Of a stretch of 64,000 nt of DNA, positions 1 through 13,274 are shown one piece after another. The notes under the pieces are model-generated. The model worked only from the letters and a program-made list of their open reading frames with translations. It ran no database searches and was not told the origin of the DNA. Made by a program: the position numbers and the translations under genes. The stretch comes from Syntrophales bacterium (GTDB lineage: Bacteria > Desulfobacterota > Syntrophia > Syntrophales > UBA2210): NCBI GenBank assembly GCA_963662405.2, contig CAXXKT010000003.1, positions 32,001 to 96,000 of the forward strand, read 5' to 3'. How positions within the stretch are numbered: the stretch's first letter is position 1; each line of letters opens with the position of its first letter.

Positions 1-575
1 TAATAGGAAAAGACACGATTAATGTAGTATCGTGTGGATGCAAAGGGCGGCACCCCCTTGTACTCCCGTACTTTTCTGCTTCCTGCGTTGTATGCAGCGA
101 GGGCCATCTTCACGTCCCCCCCGAATCGATCGAGGAGTTGTCGAAAGTACCTGACGCCACCATTAATGTTGTGCTCGGGGTTGAAACTGTCCTTTACACC
201 GAGCGCCTTCGCCGTTGACGGCATCAACTGCATCAGTCCGCGCGCACCTTTCCTGGAGACGGCCTTGGGGTTGTAGCTCGACTCTGCCATGATGATGGCG
301 TGGATGAGTTCCGGCTCTATCTCATAGCGATCCGATGCTTCCTGTATGATGGAACGAAACAGCGGGTCGTTCTCCACCGCCGTTTTGGAGAAATCCTGTT
401 TTTGATCTGTAAGTTGAGTGGTACCGACCTCGGAGACGGCAGCGGCATGGAGAGCCTGAAGACGATTATGGTTGTAAATTACTCCGGGAATAGTCAAGAG
501 CACGACCGTTCCGATGATGAAGCCCATCCAACTCATCAGAGCGGCGTGCCGGTGTAATGGCAAATCCTCACCCAT
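1..575 (-). CDS. Lytic transglycosylase (SLT domain) with N-terminal membrane anchor; 3' end runs off the window
   Basis: Absent from the ORF track and translated by hand. GGAGG RBS, then ATG at 575: MGEDLPL...FIIGTVVLLTIPGVIY...IIMAESSYNPKAVSRKGARGLMQLMP...ALAAYNAG (SLT motifs ES, GLMQ, AYNAG). Confidence 0.92.
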   Translation of the reverse strand, partial: MGEDLPLHRHAALMSWMGFIIGTVVLLTIPGVIYNHNRLQALHAAAVSEVGTTQLTDQKQDFSKTAVENDPLFRSIIQEASDRYEIEPELIHAIIMAESSYNPKAVSRKGARGLMQLMPSTAKALGVKDSFNPEHNINGGVRYFRQLLDRFGGDVKMALAAYNAGSRKVREYKGVPPFASTRYYINRVFSY

Positions 576-898
576 GATAACCTCCCTACGATCGATCCAT
601 AGGTATTTTGGACGCTACAAGTAGCGAAAGAGGGATCAGATGTCAAGCAAAAAATGGTCGCCGTCTGGTATAGGTTAATATTATCAAGGATATGCGTGGT
701 TTGGGCGGGGGATGCTATCTTTCCTGGCACACCGGGGATTGGAGATCGTGCGGCATTGGGACGAGAAAAAGATCGAGAGATGTTTTGCGGAGATGGCGGG
801 TAAGGCCCGGACGCGACCGAACGGCTTGTTTCGCATTGCTAGGGTATCGCCGCGGTTTCACTGGTAGGGGCTACGCTTTCAGTGCCGCAGTGTGTCGG

Positions 899-1678
899 TC
901 AGATATGTGTGCGAACGGGGATACCTCTTCCCGCCAGGTATTCCTTGATCCCGGCCACCGTGTAACGCTGGTAGTGGACCATGGAGGCGATGAGGGCCGC
1001 CGAGGCGTCCGTCTCGGTGAAGATATCGTAGAGGTGCTCCGGCTCGCCGGCCCCGCCGGATGCGATGACCGGGATGGAAACGGACCGGGAGATAAGGGCG
1101 GTCAGGGTCAACTCATACCCCTCATTCGTCCCGTCCGCATCGATCGAATTGAGGCAGATCTCGCCGGCCCCCCGGTCTTCGGCCTCTTGTGCCCACCGGA
1201 GGGCGTCGATCCCTACCGGGGTCCTCCCGCCGTCGATGTAGATCTCGTAACCGGAGGGGATGGCGGGTGTCTTCTCCACCTGCTTGGCGTCCATCCCCAG
1301 GACGATGCACTGGTTCCCGAAGGCCCGGGCCCCCGCGGAGATGATATCGGGGTCTTGGACGGCGGCGCTGTTGACGCTGATCTTCTCCGCCCCGGCGTCG
1401 AGGACGCGGTGCATATCATCCAGCGAACGGATACCCCCCCCCACCGAGAAGGGGATGAATATCTCCCGCGCCACCCCCTCGACCACGTCGATGATGATAT
1501 CACGCTTATCGGATGAGGCGGTGATATCATAGAAGACGAGTTCGTCCACCCCCTGGTCGTAGTATTCGGCCGCCATGGCGATGGGATCACCGATGTCGAT
1601 ATTCCCCTTGAATCTGATTCCCTTGGTCGTCTTTCCCTCTCTGACGTCCAGGCAGATGATGATTCTCTTGCTCAGCAT
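899..1678 (-). CDS. hisF: Imidazole glycerol phosphate synthase cyclase subunit
   Basis: [45 protein letters not shown] motifs; 259 aa. Confidence 0.97.
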   Translation of the reverse strand: MLSKRIIICLDVREGKTTKGIRFKGNIDIGDPIAMAAEYYDQGVDELVFYDITASSDKRDIIIDVVEGVAREIFIPFSVGGGIRSLDDMHRVLDAGAEKISVNSAAVQDPDIISAGARAFGNQCIVLGMDAKQVEKTPAIPSGYEIYIDGGRTPVGIDALRWAQEAEDRGAGEICLNSIDADGTNEGYELTLTALISRSVSIPVIASGGAGEPEHLYDIFTETDASAALIASMVHYQRYTVAGIKEYLAGRGIPVRTHI

Positions 1679-1681
1679 GTA

Positions 1682-2296
1682 CTATTCCCTTCCGTCCCAG
1701 ACGCAGAAATTTTCCAGTATCCGCAGGCCGCTTCGTCCGCTCTTTTCCGGGTGGAACTGGGTGGCAATGATATTCCCGTGACCGATGACGGAGGCGAAGG
1801 AAATCCCGTAGCCGGTCGTCGCGATAGCGTCCTCCCCCTTTGCGGGGACGGGGTAATAGGAGTGCACGAAATAGAACTGCGCGTCCGGATTGATCCCGGC
1901 TAGGACGGGGTGGGGGCGTTTCAGGGTTATGGTATTCCACCCCATATGAGGAATCTTGATCTCCGATCCCTGAAATCGCTTCGCCGTGCCGGGAATAACC
2001 CCCAGGCAAGGGGTCCCGCCGTCCTCTTCGCTTTTCCCCAGGATGACCTGGGCTCCCAGGCAGATCCCGAGGAAGGGGGTCCCCGCGGCAGCGACCTCGT
2101 GGATCACCGTGTCGAGTCCCTCGCGTCGGATGATCTCCATGGCCTCGCCGGCGGCGCCGACGCCGGGAAAGATGACCCGTTCGGCCGATCGTATTGCATC
2201 GTGATCCTTGGTAATTTCACATTCCGCACCGATGTGCCTGAGGGCCCGAGCGACCGATGTCAGGTTTCCCGCTTCGTAGTCGATAATGGCAATCAA
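1682..2296 (-). CDS. hisH: Imidazole glycerol phosphate synthase glutaminase subunit
   Basis: IIDYEAGNL, FPGVG, GICLG, PHMGWN, YFVHSY, QFHPEKSG; adjacent to hisF. Confidence 0.96.
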   Translation of the reverse strand: MIAIIDYEAGNLTSVARALRHIGAECEITKDHDAIRSAERVIFPGVGAAGEAMEIIRREGLDTVIHEVAAAGTPFLGICLGAQVILGKSEEDGGTPCLGVIPGTAKRFQGSEIKIPHMGWNTITLKRPHPVLAGINPDAQFYFVHSYYPVPAKGEDAIATTGYGISFASVIGHGNIIATQFHPEKSGRSGLRILENFCVWDGRE

Positions 2297-5200
2297 TTCT
2301 TATCGTCCTTCATATCCTTTTTCACGGATCCCATCATTGTCTCGGCAATGACGTTGACCCCTTCACCAAGGAGGAACGCAACCGGAAGCGGATCAAGATA
2401 GGCATCGCTCCACGAGATATTGTATTCGTCCACGATATCCCTGATCTGATTGAACTTGTTTCCCAGGGCCGCCTTTTTCCCCGACGCACTGAGAGCTTCT
2501 TTGAAGATTACGTGGAGGAGGATGATCTTCTGTATAAACGTCCCCTCTTCGATCAACGGAATAATGATGAGGGGTGCGCGGTCGGAACGGCCGAGACCGG
2601 CATAGACGTCTCGGGTACTCACGATCGTTTTCTTCGCCCCGCTCAGGGGGATCGGAATCTCCGCCCGCGACCTCATGTGCAGTGAGATCCCCCCTCGCAT
2701 CTCGATCGCTATGGTGGTTTCCTCCGTCGGTTTCCCTTCTTCGTCAAGGTCGCGTATGGCGTACAGCGTATAGCCCCTTATCTCCACCGTGACCTTCTGC
2801 AGTCGTGTAATGGTGAGTCCGCCTGCGGTCGTCAGGTTGTCGGGGGAGAACCCGAGGTCTTTCAGGAAATCGAAGATCACGCCCCGGGCGATTTCCTCCT
2901 TTCTGCTGGTTCCCACCGTGACCGTCTTTGCCTGGTGGCGGATGGCATCGATCGGGCGGGACAGTTCGTCGATTGCCATGCCGAGAGAGATGTCCAGTAG
3001 GTCGAGGGGAGAAGGTGAGACCTGTTTGTTCTTGAAATCGATCCGGAACTCTTCTAAAGGGAGTTTTCCGGCGGCATATTTCAGGAGCAGGGTGATATCG
3101 GATGCCACATCGATCCCGAGTGATGAGAAAAAACCCTTATTTCTGCGATCCCTGAAGGATGTGGAAAATTCGTCTATCAGGATATGGAGGCCGGGATCCG
3201 TCAGCTTTTCGACGAGGAGCCCCTCCCTCTCGTCCAATTCGTTTGCCTTGAAGAGGAGTCGCTTTCTGAAGTCGCGTATGAACTCGCTGTCCTCGTTGAT
3301 GCCACATGCCGCGTAGTAGCCCCACAGGTGTCCCGCCAGGGTGTTCAGGATGACGGATGTTGGAAAGGATGCCTTGGGGACGGAGATCACCGAGTCGGCG
3401 ATGCCGTCGAACCCCTTCTCTCCTTCGTCCGCGATGACAACCACCGATGCCGCGTGGCGCCTTGAAGATGGCGACATCCTTGATAATATCATCAAGTACG
3501 TACGGAGCCGTCCCGGCAACGCAGGCGATGATCAGCGGTTCCGAGGAGAGATCAATATGTTTCTTATCCTCGACGATGTCCGATGAGATCGTCTTGTAGC
3601 ACAGCTCGCTCAGTTTGATCCGTATTTCGTCGGCGGCGACCTTGTTGGGGCCGCTCCCGACCACCGCCCAGTATCGCTTCTTTCCGGCGATGGGGTGGGC
3701 CGTCTCATGAATCCGTTCTCTTTCGGCGATGACGCGGTTCATCGTGTCCGGAGCCCGTTCAAGGTTCTCCAGTACCCCGGCCGTCACGTTGTCCGGAAGG
3801 GTACCGAGGGTCTGGGCCAGAAAGAGGGCCAGGATATATCCCGCAACGATTTGGGAGTAGAAGGCCTTGGTCGAGGCGACGGACATCTCGATGTCCCGCC
3901 CGTCGCTGGTATAGAAGACGCCGTCCGCCACGTGGGTGATGTCTGATTGCCGCCGGTTGACGACGGCGATCAGGTGTGCCCCCCGTTCCTTTGCCATGGC
4001 AACGGCCCGGTTGGTATCGGTGGTGGTTCCCGACTGGGTGACCGCGACAACGAGGGTGTCATCCAGGTGTTCCTTGAGGGAAAAGCCGCTTAATTCTGAT
4101 GCCGTCTTTGCCTGGATCGCGATCCCCGGAGTCTTGATATAGGTCGCGAATGCCTCGGCGATTGCCGCACCGGCAACCGCCGCCGTCCCCTGTCCTATGA
4201 CAAAGATAGTGCGGATATCTCCCCGCGAGAGGGCCTCACGGAGCCTTCGGGAAATAATATCGTCCCCCAGATTGAAGGTCACCGCGGCGCTGCCGTTGGT
4301 GCCATAGGTGATGCGGTATTTCCCCCGCAGGGTCTTTTTGACGGACAGCGGGGCATCGGCGATCTCTTTCAGGAGAAAGTGAGGATATCCCTTACGGTCG
4401 ATGTCCCGCGTGGTGATCTGTGCCTTCTGGACCATATGGTCGGTGATGTCGAGGGGATGACCGTCGTAACTGCAGGCGCGGATCGCGCCCCCGTCCTCGA
4501 GGACAAAGACCTGCCCCTTCGTCTCCGCCTTTCCGGGGATCCGTTCGGTCTCTCCGTCCATCTTGATGAAACGGGGGGTGACCTCCACCAACCCGTACAC
4601 CTCGGATGAAAAGATATACTGGCCTTCGCACAGGCCGATATAGAGCGACTGGCCGCTCCCCCTCAGGGCGAGAAAGATCTTCCCCGGCTCCAGGTTGCTC
4701 CGCATGGCGATGGCATGAGACCCATCGAAGTCGTTCAGGGCGAGACGGAACGATTCCTCAAGATCGGACCCTTGGAAGAGGTGTTTTTCTACCTGCAAGG
4801 CGATAATCTTGGTGTCCGTTGTGACCCGGTGATCGATGATTTCGACGCCATTCGCTTCGATTGCTGAACGGAGGGATCGGTAGTTGTCTATGTCTCCGTT
4901 GAGGGCGACATCGATCGTCCAGTTCCCGGTTCCGTAACGGGGGTATCCCTTGACCGGGAGCGGGATCTCGGCCGAAGCATCCATCTCGGTGGGGAGCGTG
5001 AAATTATTGACCGGATGACAGTTTTCCACGTTGATGGCCCCCACTGAGGCCCACCGTGTGTGGGCGAGGAGCGTGTCATTCACCATCCCCCCGCTCAGGC
5101 ACCGTTTCAGTATCTCGTCCGATCGAATCCTCTCTCGCAGGTAGCGGGTGTTTTCACCCAGTTTCCCGGTTACGGAGGCGCGTTTGTAGGTGAAGGTCAG

Positions 5201-6039
5201 GAGCGGGTTTGTTCCTCGTGAAAGACCGGACAGGGCGATGGCGCCGTCCAGCAGATCGCCGGGAGCGGTCCTTATCAAAATTCATCGTACAGTCCATCGC
5301 TCTTCAGTGTCGCGATCACGGCATCCATGGACGCGGCATTATCGGAACGGAGCGATATCTCCATACCCGCGGAATCCCTTCCTCTGACCTCGATCCGATC
5401 CAGCGAATTGAGGAGGAGGTTGATTTTCCAGTATATCGTGACTGCCTCTGGGCAGAGGAACTCAGGTGTGACTCCCGCCAGGTCGATAGTCTTTTCGCAA
5501 TTGGCCAGGATGTCTTTTTCGAGGGCCCACACCGCGTCCTTTAGGATCTCGATCGATTCGTTTATCCGCTCCATTGCACCCGTGGAGAGCCTTCTTGCTA
5601 CCTCCTCAATCAGGCCTTCCTCCCCCCGCCAGGAAGGCATTCATCTCCTTTGACAGGATAGTCAGGGCATTGTTTTTTTCGGGGGTGAAGAGGCACAGAG
5701 GATCCTTTTTCAGGTCAAGGATCAGCGCATCAAGAGAATGCAGCAGATCGATCCCCCCAGGTAGCCCTCCGGGGGCGTTGATTCGGCGAGAAGGGACCTC
5801 AGATCCTTCCCTCGTATCCGATCAAAGAGTGATGAGGGAGTGATGGCATCTCCGGGGGGCTGTTCGCTGGTTTTCGGTTTGATCGTGATGATCCCGGACA
5901 GGCCGCAGGGGAGAGTCGCACGGGTTACTGGAAAGAGTATGACAGTTCCCGGACGGACGTGACGAGGATCGCGGCCGATGCGGACACGCCACCCGTGCAG
6001 GCACCGCGACAGAAAGGGTCCGTTCTCACGTTTAAACAT
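2293..6039 (-). CDS. glmS: Extended glutamine--fructose-6-phosphate aminotransferase (GlmS-like, ~1248 aa reconstructed), broken by four single-base frameshifts
   Basis: ORF pieces 5722-6039, 5275-5640, 3137-5278 and 2293-3519 join in order and carry CGLSGII, RGRDSAG, HTRWAS, NCHP, LNGDIDN, TDTK, TQSGTT, VASTKAF, KLSELCY, KKH, AKTVTV. Shifts at ~5753-5758 (C6), ~5622-5627 (C6), ~5277-5280 (A4) and ~3456-3457 (G2). Start at ATG 6039 after GGGAG. Confidence 0.85.
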
Positions 6040-6077
6040 GATCCGTTTTCTCCCGTTGCTTTTTCCCTGAAAATTTC

Positions 6078-7775
<1,698 letters not shown>

Positions 7776-9928
7776 TCAGGCGGGGCGGTCGACATAATCG
7801 GTCTGAATAGCGCCGCGGGGGCAGACGGCGAAGCAGGTATAGCAGAGCAGGCACTTCGACTCGTCGATGGTAAAGACCGTCCCGTTGCGCTTGATCGCCT
7901 CTTGCGGGCAGTTCTCGATGCATTTGTCACAGAGGATACAGGTGCCGCAGCTGATACACCGGTCGATGTCCCCTGCTTCCCCCCGAAGTACACGGTATTG
8001 ATCCGGTGCTTGCCGACCGGGTTCTTTTCCGGATAGATGAATTCTTGATTGGTGAGGGTGGCATGGATCTGCATTGCCGCCAGGCGTCCCGCCCCGATTG
8101 CATCGCTCACGAGTCCGGGGGCGACGATGTCGCCCGCCCCGTACACCTTCGGGTCATTGCTCCTGAAGGATCTCTCCCCGGCCACGAGGTGGCCGCGCTC
8201 ATCCACCAGGATCGAATCCGGGAGAAACGAGGTGTCGGGCGCCTCGCCGATGCTGAAGAAGATCACATCGGCCCTGACCTTTGTCTCGTCGGTGAAATGG
8301 ATCTCCGTGGCGGTTACCTTCTTCACCTGCTTGGGCCACAGGATGTGTGTTCCCAGCCCGGTGGCCGTCTCCAGCTCCTTGCCGAAGGCCAGAGGCTTCT
8401 GGATATCGATCGCGGTCACCCCTGTGGCCCCGAGTCGCCAGGATTCGCAGGCCATGTCCATTCCCACGTTCCCCGCCCCGATGATAACCACTGCTTGACC
8501 GCTCAGGTCCATCGGCCTCCCGTCGTTGATGTCGATCAGAAACTGCAACCCCGAAAGGATCCGCTCCCCGCCCGGGTAGGGGATTCGCTTGGTGATGTGC
8601 GCCCCCGTCGCGACCAGGACGGTGTCGCTCTCGTCGTACAACTGCCGAAAAAGATCGAGGTCAATCGTCTGGTTCGTTTTCAGCTCTATCGGCAGGGAGA
8701 AGAGCCGGTCCATATCCCTGTTCAGGGCCTCATCGGAGAGCCGTTCTTTCGGTATGGCCCTCCGGACCTTTCCGCCGGGATCGCCCCCCGCGTCGTATAC
8801 CCTGACACGGTAGCCGCGCCGTGCAAGCTGCCACGCCGCCGACAGGCCGGCGGGACCGGCGCCGATGATTGATACCAGCTCTTTCTTTTTCTTTTTCGGG
8901 GTCTTCGGTGCAAAGGCCGGGTAGTACTCCCGGGCGATCCGCTGGATCTCGACAGGGCCGTCGACCATATTCCTACTGCACCCGTCCATGCAGGGGGCGG
9001 GGCAGACCGTCCCGCAGACGGACATTCGGAAAGGGGTGTATTCGTCCATCAGCTGCTGGGCCTCTTCGATCTTTCCCTCCTTGATCAGGTTCAGGAAGAC
9101 CGGCGTGGGGATCCCGGTGGGGCAATTGAAGGCGCACGGGGGGGTAAGATCGATGTGCCGGGGCGTGCGGGTCTTCATGTTCATACCCGGGGTGTACAGA
9201 TTCCCGAAGGGACGGGCCCCCTTCTTGGTGATCTTGGTAAATGCGTCGGGTGTGATGTCCCTCAGATCGATTTCCATGTCTCGGGCGAACTCCGCCAGCG
9301 CCTCTGTGAGGATGGCCTGGTCCTCATCGTCAACCGTCGCAAAGATCGCGCCGATTCCCAGTTGATGGGCCTCTACGTGCCCCCGCACGTAGATGGCACC
9401 GCCGTGGATGCCGGTTCCCACATCCTGCCCCACGGGGGAGCCGGAGGCGTTGTCGAGGTTGAGGATCACCAGCTTGCCCCCCGCCATGTATTCGCCGCAG
9501 TAGTCTTTGGTCGTTCCCCCGATGATCAACCAGGGGATCTGGTCCCGGTATTCCTTCATGTGGATCCCGGCGCGGTACTCGACATCCCCCCGGATAAAGA
9601 CCTTTCCTCCCCGCATGGAGTGGCCGGGGATCTCGCCGGCCTTCCCGTGGATGATGATCTTGCCGGCGTTCATGGTGTTCCCCACACCGTCCTGGGCGTT
9701 CCCGAAGACCGTGATGGACGAACCGTTCATGAAGGCCCCGAGGTCCTGACCGGGAGTCCCGTGTATCTCCAGGACGGCGTCGCCGCTGAGCCCGCCCCCG
9801 ATGTACCGTTGTCCCAGGATATTCTTCAGGATGATGGTCTGTTCTCCCCGGGCGATATATCCCCGGATATGTCTGTTCAGGGATTTATAGTACAGCCCTT
9901 TGGTATCGATAGTCAGCATATTACGCAC
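7776..9928 (-). CDS. Glutamate synthase GXGXG domain fused to a GltD-like FAD/NAD(P)H oxidoreductase and a C-terminal ferredoxin; frameshift near 7980
   Basis: N-terminal GQRYIGGG/GNTMNAG/GEYMAGG repeats; CAFNCP, CGTVCPAPCMDGC, GAGPAG, GAGNVG, GAGD. The alternative frame after the C6 run at 7979-7984 reads CISCGTCILCDKCIENCP...CLLCYTCFAVCP and stops at TGA 7776-7778. Confidence 0.85.
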
Positions 9929-11444
9929 CGGCGTGTTTGATTTCCAGGATTCTCAGTTCCTCTTCGTTCAGCCCGACCCCCCTGAGGCGGTCGCGGTTGC
10001 TCCTCAAGGCCTCGATTGCGCTGATCCCCATGGAGCCCATCAGTTCCTTGATCTCTTCCCCCCACGCGTGGAGGATGTTGACAAGGGCCTCGGTTGCCCG
10101 ATCGACGTCGATCCGTTCCGCGAGCCCCGGCCTGTTTGTGGTGATCCCGTAGGGGCACTTCCCGCTGAAGCAGCGCTGGCACAGGCCGCAGCCGAGCGCC
10201 ACCAGGACCGGCGTTCCCACATAGACCGCATCGGCCCCGAGACAGATCGCCTTCAAGACATCGGACGAACACATGATTCCCCCCGAGGCGACGAGGCTGA
10301 CGGTGTCCCGGATTCCCTCCTCCCGCAGACGACCGTCCGCGGCGGAGATGGCCAGTTCGATGGGGATTCCCGTGTTCTGTCGTATCTGGAGGGGGGTTGC
10401 CCCCGTTCCCCCTCTGAATCCGTCGATGGCTATGATATCCGCCCCGGCCCGCGCGACGCCGCTCACGATGGGGGCGACGTTGTGGACGGCGGCGATCTTG
10501 ACGGAGACGGGGACTCGGTAGTCCATCGCCTCCTTGATGGCGTAGATGAGCTGCCTGAGATCCTCGATGGAGTAGATGTCATGATGGGGGGCGGGCGAAA
10601 GGGCGTCGCTCCCCTCGGGGATCATTCGCGTCTCCGAGATGGCCTTGAGCACCTTCTCGCCGGGGAGGTGCCCCCCGATCCCCGGTTTTGCCCCCTGTCC
10701 GATCTTGATTTCCACCGCGGCGGCCGATTTCAGGTAATCCTCGCTGACGCCGAAGCGCCCCGAGGCCACCTGGACGATCGTGTTCTCTCCGTAGGTTCGC
10801 AGATCCTTATAGAAACCGCCTTCCCCCGTGTTCCAGTACGTTCCGGAGGCCTTCGTCGCGCGGGCCTCCGCCTCCTGGACCCGTTTGTTCACCGCGCCGA
10901 AGCTCATCGCCCCGAACATGATCGGCACATCCAGTTTGAGCTGCGGCCCAATCTCGTCACCGTACCGGGCCGGTTTCCTCCCCAGGTAGCGGCGTATCTC
11001 CATGGGCTCCCGGAGGGGGTCGATGGAGGGGTTGGTCACCTGACAGGCGTCGAACATGACGTGGTCGAAATAACGCTTCTGGGGTCCGGTCGCCCCATTC
11101 CCGACGAGGAGGACACCCCCCGGGGAACCCGCCTGCCGCCAGATATTGCCGACCTGCTCGGATGTCCAGTAGCCGTGCGAGGTATGCATCGGCCGGTGCT
11201 CGATGTGGATCGCGCCCATGGGGCACATCTTCACGCATCGCTGGCAGGAGTTGCAGGCGGTGAGATTGGCGTGGGGACGGTAGTATACCGTTTCATCGCG
11301 CCCTTTCACCGGGCGCAGGGATATCTCACCGAATGAGCACTCCTTCGCGCAGAGAGTGCAGCCGTTTTGGTAATCGCACCGGTCGAGGTCAAAGACGGGA
11401 TGAAAGGAGGGGATCGTCTTCCAGTTATGCTCCATGCCGTTCAT
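9921..11444 (-). CDS. Glutamate synthase FMN-binding subunit (archaeal-type, GltB2-like) with N-terminal ferredoxin
   Basis: CTLCAKEC, CNSCQRCVKMCP, AMSFGA, NTGEGG, QVASGRFGV, EIKIGQGAKPGIGGHLPGEKV, SPAPHHDIYSIEDL, CGLCQRCFSGKCPYGI. Confidence 0.95.
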   Translation of the reverse strand: MNGMEHNWKTIPSFHPVFDLDRCDYQNGCTLCAKECSFGEISLRPVKGRDETVYYRPHANLTACNSCQRCVKMCPMGAIHIEHRPMHTSHGYWTSEQVGNIWRQAGSPGGVLLVGNGATGPQKRYFDHVMFDACQVTNPSIDPLREPMEIRRYLGRKPARYGDEIGPQLKLDVPIMFGAMSFGAVNKRVQEAEARATKASGTYWNTGEGGFYKDLRTYGENTIVQVASGRFGVSEDYLKSAAAVEIKIGQGAKPGIGGHLPGEKVLKAISETRMIPEGSDALSPAPHHDIYSIEDLRQLIYAIKEAMDYRVPVSVKIAAVHNVAPIVSGVARAGADIIAIDGFRGGTGATPLQIRQNTGIPIELAISAADGRLREEGIRDTVSLVASGGIMCSSDVLKAICLGADAVYVGTPVLVALGCGLCQRCFSGKCPYGITTNRPGLAERIDVDRATEALVNILHAWGEEIKELMGSMGISAIEALRSNRDRLRGVGLNEEELRILEIKHAGA

Positions 11445-12505
11445 CAGGCCGTCCTCCCGTATCCCTCGAGCATATCGATCATGATCGGTTCTCCCCCCTT
11501 CGGCGACCAGACCCGATCAACGTCGGGGGCCAGGAGTCGTATGCTGCACTCTTCCGATGATGCGTAATAGGTGTTCCCCTTCTGCGCACAGACGACGGGA
11601 CGGAGCTTGTTGCGATCGTTGAGGATGATCGCGCCCTCTCGGTGTGTCAGGACGATCCCGAAGGGACCGTTGACGATGGCGGTACTGTAGATCTGCCTGA
11701 GGTACCGGTCCTTTTCGTCTCCCCTCCGGTCGATATCCTCCCAGAGGGCGGGGGCCATGACAAAGCAGGCATCTTTCTTTGAAAGCCGGTCCCGCCGGGT
11801 CAGCTTATCGTATATGTACGAAATGACCTCCGTGTCCGTCTGGAGGAGGCACTGGTACCCGTTCATCTCGAGCCACCGCACGTTGGTGCCGTAACTGGTG
11901 ATCTCGCCGTTGTGGACGACCGCCTTGTCGAGGATCGTGAAGGGATGGGCACCGCCCCACCATCCCGGCGTGTTGGTGGGGAACCGGTTGTGGGCTACCC
12001 ACATGTATCCTTGATAATCCTCGATGCAGAAATAGTCGGCGATGTCCTCAGGGTATCCCATCCCCTTGAAAACGCCGATATCCTTCCCCGATGAGACGAC
12101 GAATGCATCCGGTATCATATTAATGTGCATGACGGTCTCGACGATGTAATCCTCTTCCGTCTGCTGCGGGGAGAGAAACTCATCAATAGGCTTAAGGAAA
12201 TACCGCTTGAAATAGGGGCCCCGGGGGATACGGTCGTTCGGGTAGACCGGGATCTGCTCCGACTGGTAGACGTGGGTCCTGCTCTGGAGGTAGTCCTCGA
12301 CCACCGGAATAGCCGGGTTGTAATTATCTCCTTCATACATGATGTGAAAGGCGTATTTGTCCCGGTTCTCGGGGTAGGCGCCGTAGACGGCGAAGCCACC
12401 ACCCAGACCGTTACCCCGGTCCCGTTGGATCCGGATGGCCTCTCGTATATGGCTGCCGTCGATACGCTGACCGTCGGCATTGATAATTCCTACGATCCCA
12501 CACAT
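11444..12505 (-). CDS. Glutamate synthase class II (Ntn) amidotransferase subunit (GltB1-like)
   Basis: Start moved to ATG 12505, giving N-terminal MCGIVG; RGNGLGGG, HNRFPTNT, AHPF, VHNGEI, TDTEV, NGPF, DRNKLRP. Confidence 0.93.
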   Translation of the reverse strand: MCGIVGIINADGQRIDGSHIREAIRIQRDRGNGLGGGFAVYGAYPENRDKYAFHIMYEGDNYNPAIPVVEDYLQSRTHVYQSEQIPVYPNDRIPRGPYFKRYFLKPIDEFLSPQQTEEDYIVETVMHINMIPDAFVVSSGKDIGVFKGMGYPEDIADYFCIEDYQGYMWVAHNRFPTNTPGWWGGAHPFTILDKAVVHNGEITSYGTNVRWLEMNGYQCLLQTDTEVISYIYDKLTRRDRLSKKDACFVMAPALWEDIDRRGDEKDRYLRQIYSTAIVNGPFGIVLTHREGAIILNDRNKLRPVVCAQKGNTYYASSEECSIRLLAPDVDRVWSPKGGEPIMIDMLEGYGRTA

Positions 12506-12506
12506 G

Positions 12507-13259
12507 TTAAACCCCTGCCTCTCTTTTGGCATAACGGGCCCGCGGCCGATGAAAATCACCAGCCGCCGCCAGCGTCCGCTGGTGAAGGTCGACGAGCCAC
12601 AGAAAGTTCGCGTAGATCCTGTTCGCCTGCCTGCGGAGGGTGGTGCCTATCCGCTCAAAGGTCTGCAGGCACTCATCACACACCGTCATTCCGGCCAGCC
12701 AGTCCTGCAGCATCCCACGGGTCACCTCGACGTGAAACTGGAGGGCGTAGGCGTTGCGGTATCGGAATGCCTGGTTTGGGCACGTTCCTGACGTCATGAG
12801 GAGTTTTCCCCCGTAGGGCACATCGAAGGTGTCCCCATGCCATTGAAAGACCTGGAGTGCCCCGGGAATGCCTTCGAACAGGATATCCTTTGCCCCCGCG
12901 TTCGTCAGCGAGACGCTCCGCCACCCCACCTCCTCTTGCGGGGCTTTGGTGATGGGGGCGTAGCACGCCTTGGCAATCAATTGACCCCCCAGGCAGATCC
13001 CGAGGGTGGGGATATTGGCATCGATCACCCTCCGGAGAAACTCGGTCTCTTCCCGTAAAAAGGGGTATCGTCCTTCTTCGTACACATTCATCGGTCCTCC
13101 CATCGATACGAGGGCATCGAAATCCTTAATATCATCCGGGAACGGATCCCCCGTGAAAAGCCGGATGGTCTGAACCTCGGTCCGTGTATTGCGGAGGAAG
13201 TCCTCCAGCGTTCCCGGTCCCTCCTCCTCAACATGTTGTACAATGAGTACCCGCGTCAT
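12507..13259 (-). CDS. Class I glutamine amidotransferase (stand-alone, GMP-synthase-like glutaminase domain)
   Basis: QHVEEEGPG, MGGPMNVY, LGICLGGQL, FQWHGDTF, LQFHVE (Cys-His-Glu triad). Confidence 0.9.
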   Translation of the reverse strand: MTRVLIVQHVEEEGPGTLEDFLRNTRTEVQTIRLFTGDPFPDDIKDFDALVSMGGPMNVYEEGRYPFLREETEFLRRVIDANIPTLGICLGGQLIAKACYAPITKAPQEEVGWRSVSLTNAGAKDILFEGIPGALQVFQWHGDTFDVPYGGKLLMTSGTCPNQAFRYRNAYALQFHVEVTRGMLQDWLAGMTVCDECLQTFERIGTTLRRQANRIYANFLWLVDLHQRTLAAAGDFHRPRARYAKREAGV

Positions 13260-13274
13260 AACCCCCTCATGCCG

